Source: a virus
Lineage: Duplodnaviria; Heunggongvirae; Uroviricota; Caudoviricetes
DNA: 26,005 nucleotides
Virus record (IMG/VR): IMGVR_UViG_2703718840_000008
Strand: one strand, 5' to 3'
This document shows, in pieces, positions 1 through 10,012 of the stretch. The notes beneath the pieces were generated by a model. That model was not told the origin of the DNA. It did no database searches and saw only the letters and a program-made list of their open reading frames with translations. The translations under genes were made by a program, and so were the position numbers. Each line of letters starts with the position of its first letter. Within the stretch, counting starts at the first letter, position 1.

Positions 1-258
1 ATGCAAACCGTTATTTTTGGTCGTTCGGGTTGCCCTTACTGTGTGCGTGCAAAAGATCTGGCTGAGAAATTGAGCAATGAACGCGATGATTTTCAGTATC
101 AGTATGTAGATATTCGTGCGGAAGGGATCACTAAAGAAGATCTACAACAAAAGGCAGGTAAACCCGTAGAAACCGTGCCGCAGATTTTTGTCGATCAGCA
201 ACATATCGGCGGCTATACCGATTTTGCTGCATGGGTGAAAGAAAATCTGGACGCCTGA
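1..258 (+). CDS. grxA: Glutaredoxin 1
   Basis: Complete 85-aa ORF with the redox-active CPYC motif (GCPYC); recognised as E. coli GrxA; followed by a hairpin plus T-run. Confidence 0.95.
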   Translation: MQTVIFGRSGCPYCVRAKDLAEKLSNERDDFQYQYVDIRAEGITKEDLQQKAGKPVETVPQIFVDQQHIGGYTDFAAWVKENLDA

Positions 259-267
259 TCGTCTGAC

Positions 268-300
268 AAGCCCTCGCGTTGAGGGCTTTACTGATTTTTT
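268..300 (+). terminator. Rho-independent terminator-like hairpin after grxA
   Basis: Inverted repeat aagccctc/gagggctt (268-288) with 5-nt loop, followed by a T-run ending at 300; overlaps the 3' end of convergent ybjM. Confidence 0.55.
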
Positions 301-665
301 CTGTGCTGTGGTTTAAACAAACTACTGATAAATAAGAAACACAGTGCCCCCAGCGCACACCAGAACACCGCGCTTAGTAACCATGCCAGCTCTTGCCAGA
401 ATGAGCGCGTCGGTGAAAAAAACAGCCGCATAATGAGCATCGAACAGGGTGCCGCCAGCATTGCGCCAAACAGAGGTTTCAGGACTTCTCTACGCTGTGA
501 AAAGAAGCTGGCGACTGCTCCAGGAAGAATGAAAAATAGCAAGCCGATTTCAGGATGCCCGGCAGCCCGAAAAGCGCCTTTCATGTGCGTCGCCAGAAAA
601 AGGCACACCACAATGAAGAGGACAAAACAGCAGATTGCCCCCGCCCAACGTTGTTTATGTTTCAC
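288..665 (-). CDS. ybjM: Inner membrane protein YbjM
   Basis: 125-aa hydrophobic ORF convergent with grxA, recognised as E. coli YbjM; gene order grxA-ybjM-ybjL matches E. coli. Confidence 0.85.
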   Translation of the reverse strand: MKHKQRWAGAICCFVLFIVVCLFLATHMKGAFRAAGHPEIGLLFFILPGAVASFFSQRREVLKPLFGAMLAAPCSMLIMRLFFSPTRSFWQELAWLLSAVFWCALGALCFLFISSLFKPQHRKNQ

Positions 666-934
666 TCGTTCCTCCTGACACTGCGTCTATCGAACACATT
701 TTTCGCCAGTGTGGCGTTCAGTAAGATAAAGCCGCTTCGCATTCCATGCTAATATAGGCCAACGCAATTCATATAGCCGTTGATACCTAATGTGATTACA
801 CTAGTAAAATATATTGTTACTTTACTATCGTTTAGGTGCGCTGAATGAATCTGCGCCCTGAATTCTGGTAAAAAACATTATCGTAAATTACCATTTCTTT
901 CAACAGCTTACTAGTAAACAAGAAGTTAGCCTCC

Positions 935-2620
935 GTGAATATAAACGTCGCCGAATTGTTAAATGGGAATTACATTCTGTTATTATTTGTGGTCCTCGCG
1001 CTTGGGCTATGTCTCGGAAAGTTACGACTTGGTTCGATCCAACTGGGTAATTCCATTGGCGTTTTAGTCGTATCGCTGTTATTAGGCCAACAACATTTCA
1101 GCATTAACACCGATGCGCTTAATCTTGGCTTTATGCTGTTTATTTTCTGCGTCGGGGTCGAAGCCGGACCGAACTTTTTTTCCATTTTTTTTCGCGATGG
1201 GAAAAATTACCTAATGTTAGCACTGGTGATGGTTGGCAGTGCGCTGGTGATCGCCTTAGGGTTAGGTAAGCTGTTTGGCTGGGATATTGGCCTGACGGCC
1301 GGTATGTTAGCAGGCTCTATGACGTCGACACCGGTTCTGGTCGGTGCTGGCGATACACTGCGTCATTCCGGCATGGAAAGCAGGCAGCTCTCACTGGCAC
1401 TGGATAATCTGAGCCTCGGGTATGCCTTAACCTATTTAATCGGTCTGGTGAGTTTGATTGTTGGTGCGCGTTACTTGCCGAAATTGCAGCATCAGGACTT
1501 ACAGACCAGCGCCCAGCAAATCGCCCGCGAACGTGGCCTGGACACTGATGCCAACCGTAAGGTTTATTTACCGGTGATCCGCGCCTATCGCGTCGGCCCG
1601 GAACTGGTGGCCTGGACCGACGGCAAAAATCTGCGTGAACTGGGTATTTATCGACAAACCGGCTGCTACATTGAACGTATTCGACGTAACGGGATTCTGG
1701 CAAATCCAGACGGTGATGCCGTGCTACAAATGGGCGATGAAATAGCGTTGGTAGGCTATCCCGACGCCCATGCCCGACTCGATCCCAGCTTCCGTAACGG
1801 TAAAGAAGTTTTCGATCGTGACCTTCTCGACATGCGTATCGTCACTGAAGAAGTGGTCGTTAAAAACCATAACGCTGTAGGTAAACGTCTCGCACAACTG
1901 AAGTTGACCGATCACGGTTGCTTCCTTAACCGCGTCATTCGTAGCCAGATTGAGATGCCGATAGATGACAACGTCGTGCTTAACAAAGGTGACGTTTTAC
2001 AAGTCAGCGGCGATGCCCGCCGCGTAAAAACCATCGCCGATCGCATCGGCTTTATCTCGATTCACAGCCAGGTCACTGACCTGCTGGCATTCTGCGCCTT
2101 CTTTGTTATTGGGCTGATGATCGGGATGATCACCTTCCAGTTCAGCACATTCAGTTTCGGCATGGGGAACGCTGCCGGGTTGTTATTCGCCGGAATTATG
2201 CTGGGCTTTATGCGTGCTAACCACCCGACCTTCGGTTACATTCCGCAGGGTGCATTAAGCATGGTGAAAGAGTTCGGCTTGATGGTGTTTATGGCAGGCG
2301 TTGGTCTGAGCGCCGGTAGCGGTATTAATAACGGCCTGGGCGCGATTGGCGGTCAGATGTTGATTGCCGGATTGATTGTCAGTCTGGTGCCCGTGGTTAT
2401 CTGTTTCTTGTTCGGTGCTTATGTATTGCGAATGAACCGCGCGCTGTTGTTCGGCGCAATGATGGGCGCACGTACCTGCGCGCCGGCAATGGAGATCATC
2501 AGTGATACAGCTCGCAGTAACATCCCGGCGCTGGGCTATGCGGGCACCTATGCAATCGCCAACGTCCTGCTGACGCTGGCAGGGACAATCATCGTCATGG
2601 TATGGCCAGGATTAGGATAA
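935..2620 (+). CDS. ybjL: Putative transporter YbjL (AAE family)
   Basis: 561-aa ORF with hydrophobic N- and C-terminal membrane domains and a central soluble region; recognised as E. coli YbjL. Confidence 0.93.
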
Positions 2621-2732
2621 AACTGAAGTTGCCCTGAAAATGAAATTTTTTTGCACAACCGCAGAACTTTTCCGCAGGGCATCAGTCTTAATTAGTGCCA
2701 CTGCTTTTCTTTGATGTCCCCATTTTGTGGAG

Positions 2733-2775
2733 CCCATCAACCCCGCCATTTCGGTTCAAGGTTGATGGGTTTTTT
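2733..2775 (+). terminator. Hairpin plus T-run downstream of ybjL; probable host terminator near the prophage junction
   Basis: Perfect 10-bp inverted repeat cccatcaacc (2733-2742) / ggttgatggg (2760-2769) followed by tttttt (2770-2775). Confidence 0.45.
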
Positions 2776-2855
2776 GTTGCCTGAAATTTAAGCTGTTTAA
2801 AATCATGATGTTAGAAGCACTGTTTTTTAACGATGGCGACAAAATGGCGGCAGCG

Positions 2856-3074
2856 TCAAAGAGAGAGCGCCACCTGTCCTGATTTCATTGGATGCGGCTG
2901 AACCGGATTTGACTCTTTTGGCGTTGCAATCGAACGAACAAAAGTTTCATGGGTAACAAAAGTATGGCTGCAGTTAATGTTCTGGCACTGGTTGTAACGC
3001 TCTTTGGTCAATGAAGATACCTGAAAACTGCTGCGAGTATGGGCGGCACTTCCACACAGTGGGCAAATCATCAT
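2856..3074 (-). CDS. ogr: Ogr/Delta-type zinc-finger late-gene transcription activator
   Basis: 72-aa product MMICPLCGSAAHTR...CQNINCSHTF with the Cys4 pattern CxxC...CxxxxC typical of P2 Ogr (72 aa); GGGGAGA RBS 9 nt upstream of the ATG at 3074. The 83-aa track ORF is an upstream extension. Confidence 0.88.
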   Translation of the reverse strand: MMICPLCGSAAHTRSSFQVSSLTKERYNQCQNINCSHTFVTHETFVRSIATPKESNPVQPHPMKSGQVALSL

Positions 3075-3164
3075 TTTTCGAGTTCTCCCCATTTTTGCTA
3101 AATTCACAATAATGATACCGCATTATTCCATTTTGCAAACTTAAAAGTTCTCCATTGCGAAGAA

Positions 3165-3878
3165 TCATTCCATTTCGAAATCATCAATCCTCACTTCAAG
3201 CTCCAGACTGGTCGTAAAACCATTATCCGGGCTTACGGTATGCGTCAGAGTCGTAATGGTCCATTCCGCATCATCTATCGGCTGTTTAAAGCCACTGACT
3301 TTCACTGGCATTTCCGTGTAGAGATCTGCCCGCCCTTCCGCCAGTTGTAACGAGAATGACGCAACGCCGCGTTGCAGGCGTTCCCACTGCATTTTCGCCG
3401 CTCGTTCGGCGTTGCTCCGGTTGGCATAAGTGCGATTAAGTACCAGCACGTTTTCATCCGTACCCACCAGGTAATCGCCCTGCTTCGCTTCCGGCTCTTT
3501 CTTCTGCTTCTTAGTCCTGCGCTTACGCTTCACCGTGGTGCTTTCTTTCTTCGCGGGTTCGCGGGTATGCAACCAGCTGGCAATTACGCCCGTGTAGGCT
3601 CCGCGATCTGCCAGGGTAAAGCGGTGACTGTCGCCGTCCTTACGTGTGATAGTGATAACCGGTAGTGGTTTACCGCTGGCGCTTTTACCCTGTCCCTGCC
3701 GGATGAATAACAGATTGCCATTTTTCACCGACGCAATAGCACCGTACTGGCGCGCCAGCCGCATCAGAAAACTGCCGTCACTCTCATTGGTCTGGTCTAT
3801 ATGCTCCACGGGTTTATCCGACAGGTCTTCACCCAATGCCATCTTCAGTTTGTGCCGCGCAGATATTTCCTTCACCAC
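3165..3878 (-). pseudogene. D: Tail protein D, C-terminal fragment (N-terminal ~150 aa missing)
   Basis: 237-aa ORF resembling the middle and C-terminal parts of P2 gpD (387 aa). The reading frame is closed by a stop at 3942-3944 and the track start at 3878 is a GTG; no gpU gene lies between it and the tape-measure ORF. Confidence 0.7.
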
Positions 3879-5836
3879 TTCCCCAACGGTGGTCTTGTGC
3901 CACGATTTTTCACGGCGGGTAGTTTTGCCTTTGCGGCCTCTTTACTGACAATGCCGAGTTTCTCCAGCAACCAGGAAACGCCGGATTTCAGGGAGTCCAG
4001 CGGATGCATGACCATATTCAGCCCTTCCGCCAGTGCCTCCCCGAATCGCCGCCCCATTGCCGCTGCACTCTGCAGTTCGGCAGAGGTCGACTTAACGGGC
4101 GTCAGCAGATCAGTAAACCAGCCCCACAGCGCCTGCACTTTGTCGCCAATCCACTGGAACACAGGCTTAAGCGGTTCGAACGCTGCACTGATGGGACCTG
4201 CCGCCGCTTTGAATCCTTCCACCACGCCACCAAGAAATGCGGTGATGGGTTGCCAGTATTTCCAGACAACCAGTGCCACACCCGCCAGTGCAGTAACCAC
4301 AAGACCTATCGGACTAAGCAGAGCACCTAACAGACCAGATACGGCATACAGGGCAACGCGCAACATCGCCAGCGGACCGGATGCCAGTACTCGCAGCACC
4401 GTGCCTGCGGCAGCCAGCCCGTCGCGTAGTGCTGCCAGTGGATTCATAAACATCACAGCAACCGCACGTAAACCGGATAATCCAGACCGCAACAGTGCAA
4501 CCGGCGCACCTGCTACAGTTTTCAGGACATTTCCCGTCAGTGATGCCGTGCGGCGCAAAGACGACAACGGAGCAGTAAGTAAGCCTGCGGCGTTGCCCGA
4601 TGAAGCAAGCCCGCGTCGCAGCACTGCCAGTGGAGCGCCAGCCAGCCAGGACAACGCGCTGCTGGTTCGTGTTACTGCTGCCGTAACGGAAGGTAACGTT
4701 TTGATGCCCAGCACAGAGAATCCCAGACGGATGACTGCCAGCGGCCCCAGCACTGCAGCCAGCGCCACAGCCAAGGTGCCGAGGCCTACGGTAACCGCAG
4801 CCACAACAGCCGCTACTTTCATCAGTGTGCCCGTCAGTTCCGGGTTAGCTTCGACCCAGCGACGCAACGCTCCCGTAACGCTTTTCACCGTGTACAGAAT
4901 ATCCATCAGCGGCTGGCGCAGCGTTTCGCCCAGGCTGCTGAAGGTATTCTGCGCTCCGGTTTTAACCAGCAACCACTGAGCAGAAAGTGAGTCCTTGTTG
5001 ATGTCGGATTCTTTCTGCATGGAACCGAGCGCATCATTGCCCGCTGTCAGTTTTAGCTGGCGCTGTAGTTCCGGCAGGTTGTTTGCCAGTTTCGCCGCGT
5101 CATCGCCAAACTCTTTACCAAACAACATGGTCATGGCAGACAGACGCTTGTCCTGCGGCAGTGCGTTCACCTTCTCCAGCACACGCTGGATAGTTCCCAT
5201 CGCATCCTTCGTCATCTGCTTTTCAATCACTTCAGGATTGAGTTTCAGCAGATTCATCCCTTCAAAGAAACTCTTGCTTTGCATGGTGGCAATGGACAAT
5301 TCACGCACCATCGCGTTTGCTGCACTGGCTGCAACCTCCGGCGCAGCGCCCAGTGTCAGAAAGGTGGAACCCAGCGCCGCCGCTTTACGATAATCCAGAC
5401 GATCAGCCACACCGCCCAGGCGTTGCATGACATCAATGATGTCTGCCCCTTTCGACAACCACTGACGGTAAGCTGTACCTCCGGTGAGTGCCGGACGTTC
5501 CCGCAGCCGGGTAATGTCAGCAGGCAAAGGAGTATCAGCCCAGCGGCGTAAATCCTCGTTCTCACGTTTCAGTTCCTCGATCCGGTGTTGTCGTTGTCTC
5601 AGCAGTGCGCTGGTCTGTTCTGCTTCGGCATAGAGCCGCGCCTGCTCCCGGTTATTGGTTTCAGTCAGAATGGACAGACCGATCAGCTGGCTGTTTTTCT
5701 TCGTCAGTTCCTGCGCTTTACTTTTCAGCGCCGCGCGCTGCGTTTCGATGGTGTGGCTGGCGCTGTTAAGCCGCCACGACTGCCAGCCCAGCGCAACGAG
5801 TGCCAGCGCCACCACTACTGCCAGCGCACGCGTCAT
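3872..5836 (-). pseudogene. Chimeric ORF: Rz/LysB-like i-spanin N-terminus fused in frame to the C-terminal part of tail tape-measure protein gpT
   Basis: First ~130 aa have a TM helix, coiled coil and the ENEDLRRWADTPLP motif typical of Rz/LysB spanins; the rest is Ala/Gly/Leu-rich repeat sequence typical of tape-measure proteins. Start overlaps the endolysin stop (ATGA). Sheath, tube, baseplate and fibre genes expected between lysB and T are absent. Confidence 0.7.
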
Positions 5837-6348
5837 AGTCCAGCTCCTTTAAGGCACCAGGCCATCTCCCGCGCACGGCGGTTATCCAGCCCCTGATTAA
5901 AAACACCTTTCACATAAACCCAGCGCGGCAACTGTCGGCACGCATCCGCCCAGCGCCGCTGATTGAGCAATTTCACCAGCGTGGAACTGCAGGCATTGCC
6001 CGTTCCCACGTTGAAGGCAAACGACACCGCAGCGTCATACACCTTCTGCGGCGGCTGTTGCTTCACACACCTTTCCAGCGCCCGCTCCACACGCAGCACG
6101 TTGGAGATCAGCCCTTCCGCTGCCTGTCGTTCCGTAATGGTTTTGCCCGGGATGACGCCCGATGTATTACCAATGCCGTCGGTCCAGACACCCGCGCTGC
6201 ACTGATACGGCTGCAGACGACAGCCTTCGTAATCAGCAATCAGTTTCAGCCCCTCCACGGAGGTGTGAAGCTGCTGAAAACCCGGCAGCGTGGCAGTAAT
6301 AGCCAGCACGGTCCCGACAAGGCAGCGTTTAACGATTGATGGATTCAT
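5833..6348 (-). CDS. Endolysin (phage lysozyme family; weakly hydrophobic N-terminus suggests SAR type)
   Basis: 171-aa ORF with N-terminal Gly/Ala/Thr-rich hydrophobic stretch (CLVGTVLAITATLPGF) followed by a lysozyme-like EG...D/E...T region; positioned after the holin as in P2-like lysis cassettes. Confidence 0.85.
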   Translation of the reverse strand: MNPSIVKRCLVGTVLAITATLPGFQQLHTSVEGLKLIADYEGCRLQPYQCSAGVWTDGIGNTSGVIPGKTITERQAAEGLISNVLRVERALERCVKQQPPQKVYDAAVSFAFNVGTGNACSSTLVKLLNQRRWADACRQLPRWVYVKGVFNQGLDNRRAREMAWCLKGAGL

Positions 6349-6544
6349 AGTCCTCCCGCGAGATCTGCCCGTCGCGCAGAAGCTGGTAGGCTTTGTGTTT
6401 GTAGTACCAGTTGATAGCCAGCATCAGCACACCAATCATCAGGCCGCCCAGCGTTGAGGCATCCTTGATGGACAAATCGCCCAGCCAGGCCAGCACGACG
6501 GCGATGCAATACGTGATAAAGGCGCTGATTCGCTCAAGCGTCAT
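6329..6544 (-). CDS. Holin (small, two predicted TM segments)
   Basis: 71-aa ORF with two hydrophobic segments and a charged C-terminus, immediately upstream of and overlapping the endolysin gene. Confidence 0.75.
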   Translation of the reverse strand: MTLERISAFITYCIAVVLAWLGDLSIKDASTLGGLMIGVLMLAINWYYKHKAYQLLRDGQISREDYESINR

Positions 6545-6547
6545 AAT

Positions 6548-6751
6548 TCAGTCCCATAGCTGGACGGTCTGCACGGTGGTGGTTGTCGGTATGTCCGGCA
6601 GCTCCACCTGCAACCCGTGAGGTAAAAAAGGGCCGTATTCGGCAAGCCCCGGATTTGCCTTCAGTACCTGCTCCGTGACACCCTGCGTGCGCCCGTAATG
6701 ACGCCAGCAAAGCGCGTCCACCGTGTCATACTGATGCGCACGCACTTTCAT
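6548..6751 (-). CDS. X: Tail protein X (LysM-like)
   Basis: 67-aa ORF MKVRAHQYDTVDALCWRHYGRT...ANPGLAEYGPFLPHGLQVELPD, recognised as P2 gpX family (67 aa). Confidence 0.85.
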   Translation of the reverse strand: MKVRAHQYDTVDALCWRHYGRTQGVTEQVLKANPGLAEYGPFLPHGLQVELPDIPTTTTVQTVQLWD

Positions 6752-7215
6752 CAGATAAGCTCCACTGTGCAGTGCGGCGCATCCTGCACCCGGCTGATGG
6801 CCCAGCGGGCGTCACGCCACAAATCACCGCTTGCTTCCGCCAGTTCCTCGCCCCGCTTCACACCGGATGCCGTGGCGTCATAGTCCTGATAACGCTCGTT
6901 GAGCATGGCGCGTGCCCAGCAGTAAACCGCGTTGAAATAGTGATGAATGCGCTCACTTTTGCCGTCCAGCTGTTCCGCCGGAACCTCAGCCAGCGACACA
7001 TACCCCAGCATCTGCTGACGTCTGCGAAACTCATACAGCTCTGCGTTGACCTCCGAAATTGCCGACAGCGCAACCTGCTTTAAACGCGGCTGCGTCACCG
7101 TGCCGTCAGTGCGCATGACACAGCGAAACTCCGACAGGTCCACATCAGGCCAGAACGGCGTATTTCTGATGATTTCCGCCTGTTCCGGTGCCTGTTCTGG
7201 CGCAACAAACTTCAT
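6751..7215 (-). CDS. L: Head completion/stabilisation protein gpL
   Basis: ORF between M and X as in P2; start placed at the ATG at 7215 (MKFVAPEQ...) preceded by AGGAGA. The track ORF extends to 7278. Confidence 0.75.
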   Translation of the reverse strand: MKFVAPEQAPEQAEIIRNTPFWPDVDLSEFRCVMRTDGTVTQPRLKQVALSAISEVNAELYEFRRRQQMLGYVSLAEVPAEQLDGKSERIHHYFNAVYCWARAMLNERYQDYDATASGVKRGEELAEASGDLWRDARWAISRVQDAPHCTVELI

Positions 7216-7310
7216 GCTGCTTTCTCCTGAAATAAAGGACGGTGGACGGGGTTTTGATGTGGCAGTGCCTTTCGCCACCCCGTGCCGCCCGTGCGCGGGG
7301 GCACGTTCTG

Positions 7311-7961
7311 TCAGCGGCTGTCATTGCGCAGTCTGCGCTCCAGCTGCTGTTTGTCTTTTTTCACGCCACAGCGGGGATCGAGCTGTAACGCATGGTTGAG
7401 ATGATTAAGGGCGGAAGCCGGATTGCTTTCACTCAGGACAGCGCCAATCGCTTTATGCAGACGCGCCCGTGACTGGTCCGGCATATCCAGACCGTCTGTC
7501 AGTTCCAGCGTCTGCAGCAACAGATCAGCATCAAAGCCGATGGCGGCAAGCATTGCGCTCTGCGCTGCGTCTGCCATTTCCTCTGCCAGCACGGTCTGCA
7601 CGTTGCGGTTACCCAGCGGCATCACCCAGCCATGACGCAGGGCATGACGCCCGATCTCCAGCGCCCCGGCATAATCTCCGGCATCAATGCGCCACAGCAT
7701 CACGTACATCAGTACGTCATCCTGCTGTGCGCCTCCGGCAGCCAGGACACCCTCCGCCCAGGCGGCGTACTTCGGCAGCAGCTCCACTTTGATTTCCGCT
7801 TTTTTGACCGTGGACTGAACGCCCTTGAGACGGCGGCGGTCTTCCGCCAGTTGCAGCAGCATCAGGTCATAGCCCGACGCGTGGCGAACACTGCCGCCCT
7901 CGCGGGCGGCCTGTTCAGCCTGAACGCGCAGGCGATGCTGCCGTGCGGGACTCAGGCTCAT
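7311..7961 (-). CDS. M: Terminase small (endonuclease) subunit gpM
   Basis: 216-aa ORF at the position of P2 gene M between N and L; start overlaps the region just after the N stop. Confidence 0.8.
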   Translation of the reverse strand: MSLSPARQHRLRVQAEQAAREGGSVRHASGYDLMLLQLAEDRRRLKGVQSTVKKAEIKVELLPKYAAWAEGVLAAGGAQQDDVLMYVMLWRIDAGDYAGALEIGRHALRHGWVMPLGNRNVQTVLAEEMADAAQSAMLAAIGFDADLLLQTLELTDGLDMPDQSRARLHKAIGAVLSESNPASALNHLNHALQLDPRCGVKKDKQQLERRLRNDSR

Positions 7962-7964
7962 GGT

Positions 7965-9020
7965 TTATGCTCCGGCTTCTGCGGCGGTGCTGAAGTCGCC
8001 AATCTGGATGTTTTCCACCAGTGCTGTGCAGCGGTAGTCCTCAACCACATAGGCTTCGTTAACGGATTCAAAGTTTTCAATCCGGTCACGTTTCGGGTTG
8101 TCGATAACTGAACGGCGGCGGGTGTCTTCCTGCCAGTAGATGGACAGGTTATCCAGACGGGTGATCAGCAGCGCATTCGGCGGGAAGAACGGCGCACGCA
8201 CGGCCTGCAGGCCACCCATGCGTTTCTGGCTGATGATCATATCGGCAGCCAGTTTTTCACTGTTTTCCTGCTCTTTGTTGACCAGCGGGAAATACTTATC
8301 AGACAACAGTTCACGGCCGCAAATCACCACCAGATCGTCATCGTCCTGGTAGACCACGTCGATAAGCTCATTAACGGCATCCATCACCACGGCGTCCAGG
8401 TTGGCATATTCGCCACCTTTACCGACTTTCACCGCGCCCGGTGTGGTTTCACCGCCCGTGGTGGTGCTGCCCATGACGTGATCCGGTGCATCCTCACGGA
8501 TTTTCTGCAGCCAGCCTTTATTCACATCCTGCAGCAGCGGGTTTTCGCTACGGTTGGAGGTTTTCGCACGCTTCACGCCGTTAAAGCCGATCATGATGCG
8601 GTCCAGTGCCTGACGTTTCACGATGGCGTCACGGATACGCACCTGGAAATCCTGAAACTTCGCCCACAGGTCCAGCTTCGCGTAGGTCAGCACCGTGTCA
8701 AAGTTGGTCTGCTCGCATTTATATTCCACATCGACCATCAGCGTCGGATCGACAGGTTCACGCTCTTTCGCGGTGGTATCAGTGGTTCCGGCAATGGTGC
8801 TGCCAACTCCCAACCCCAGCAGCTGACCGGACTGCTCAGTCACTGGCGTGACGTTAATCAGCGTCAGGAAAGCGGCGGACTGCTGGATCTGGTCTTCCAA
8901 TGTCTGCTGCACGGACGGCTCTACGGTGAACTTGCTGGACAGTTCTTCAACTGCCACACCGTTCAGACGCGCCAGTTGCTGCAGGTAAGCGTTAAAAGCA
9001 AAGCGGGTATTCTTCTTCAT
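7965..9020 (-). CDS. N: Major capsid protein gpN
   Basis: 351-aa ORF; size and position (after scaffold O) match P2 gpN (357 aa). Confidence 0.88.
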   Translation of the reverse strand: MKKNTRFAFNAYLQQLARLNGVAVEELSSKFTVEPSVQQTLEDQIQQSAAFLTLINVTPVTEQSGQLLGLGVGSTIAGTTDTTAKEREPVDPTLMVDVEYKCEQTNFDTVLTYAKLDLWAKFQDFQVRIRDAIVKRQALDRIMIGFNGVKRAKTSNRSENPLLQDVNKGWLQKIREDAPDHVMGSTTTGGETTPGAVKVGKGGEYANLDAVVMDAVNELIDVVYQDDDDLVVICGRELLSDKYFPLVNKEQENSEKLAADMIISQKRMGGLQAVRAPFFPPNALLITRLDNLSIYWQEDTRRRSVIDNPKRDRIENFESVNEAYVVEDYRCTALVENIQIGDFSTAAEAGA

Positions 9021-9036
9021 CAGGTTTTGTGCTCCA

Positions 9037-9870
9037 TCAGCAATTGGTCAGAGTGTCAGCGGGGGCGTTACCACCTGTTGCACGCTGGCGGTAGTCCTGG
9101 CGGCTGTCTTCTTGGCTCAGCTTGTCCACCAGTTCGTTAAAGGCGGTCTGCTGTGCCTGCAGGGCAGTCTCCAGCTCAGACAGGCGTTCTTCCTGCTCAG
9201 ACAGGGATTTTTCGGTGCGCGCACTCAGGTTCTGCTGCTCAGTGGCGACCAGTTCCACGGCCTTATGCACATCAGAGAACCGGGCGTCATCGGACTGCTC
9301 TTTTTTGGTGAACAGCGCCGTGACACGGGCAAACAGGGACGGCTTGTCCTCCTGGATTTCTTCCAGTTCGATCACCGTTTCCTCTGCGGCGGTAAAGAGA
9401 TTGGCGGGATTTTGCTTGCGGTTTGCCAGCGGGTTATGGGCTGCACTGGCGCTGAATGCCAGCATTTCAGTGCCCAGGCTGGCAGGGTCATCAGTGGCAG
9501 CCAGCCCGACCAGGTAGGCTTTGCCCGTATCAGCAAACTTTGGGCTGACTTCCATAGAGGTGAATAATTTCTGGCCTTTTTTCACTAGCTCCACCAGGGA
9601 CTCTGTTGGCTCAACGTCGGCATACAGCGCCATCTTGCCTGCCAGCGGACCTTCCGTGATTTCTTCAGCAAACAGCGCCGTCACCTTGCCGTAGCGGTTA
9701 AAGGTGCTGTCCGGCAGATAAGACTTGATGTGCTCAAGGTTAATCAGCGCGGTATACACCGCCGGGTTGTAGCTGGCTGCCATCTGTTCCAGCCATTCAC
9801 GCTGGATTTCGCGTCCGTCGGTGGTGGCACCTTCCACCCCGATGCGAAAACGCTTTGCTTTCACTGTCAT
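9037..9870 (-). CDS. O: Capsid scaffolding protein gpO
   Basis: 277-aa ORF with acidic coiled-coil C-terminus, divergent from P as in P2 (O about 284 aa). Confidence 0.85.
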   Translation of the reverse strand: MTVKAKRFRIGVEGATTDGREIQREWLEQMAASYNPAVYTALINLEHIKSYLPDSTFNRYGKVTALFAEEITEGPLAGKMALYADVEPTESLVELVKKGQKLFTSMEVSPKFADTGKAYLVGLAATDDPASLGTEMLAFSASAAHNPLANRKQNPANLFTAAEETVIELEEIQEDKPSLFARVTALFTKKEQSDDARFSDVHKAVELVATEQQNLSARTEKSLSEQEERLSELETALQAQQTAFNELVDKLSQEDSRQDYRQRATGGNAPADTLTNC

Positions 9871-9948
9871 GAGCCGTGCTCCGTTAGAAAAAACTTACTG
9901 GAGCCTTATGGTTGCGGCGATGGGGGCAGTGAAACAATGCGCGGTATT

Positions 9949-9966
9949 TGTACCGACAACCACACA
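9949..9966. promoter_or_regulatory. Candidate Ogr-binding element (TGT-N12-ACA) of a late promoter in the O/P divergent region
   Basis: tgt accgacaaccac aca lies about 45-65 bp upstream of the P start codon, matching the TGT-N12-ACA dyad described for P2/186 late promoters. Confidence 0.45.
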
Positions 9967-10012
9967 AACCGCAGGCGGGGAAAGCCTTCATTCAAGGCTG
10001 TAGGTTTGTGCC

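Noticed and set aside
433-752. Two small + strand ORFs (81 and 65 aa) overlapping ybjM
   Set aside because: Antisense to or overlapping the recognised ybjM gene; basic, low-complexity products without signals.
3801-4979. 392-aa ORF on the + strand rich in Ala/Ser/Pro/Thr
   Set aside because: Lies antisense to the tape-measure region; low-complexity composition is typical of the reverse frame of a GC-rich Ala/Gly-rich gene. No RBS or family resemblance.
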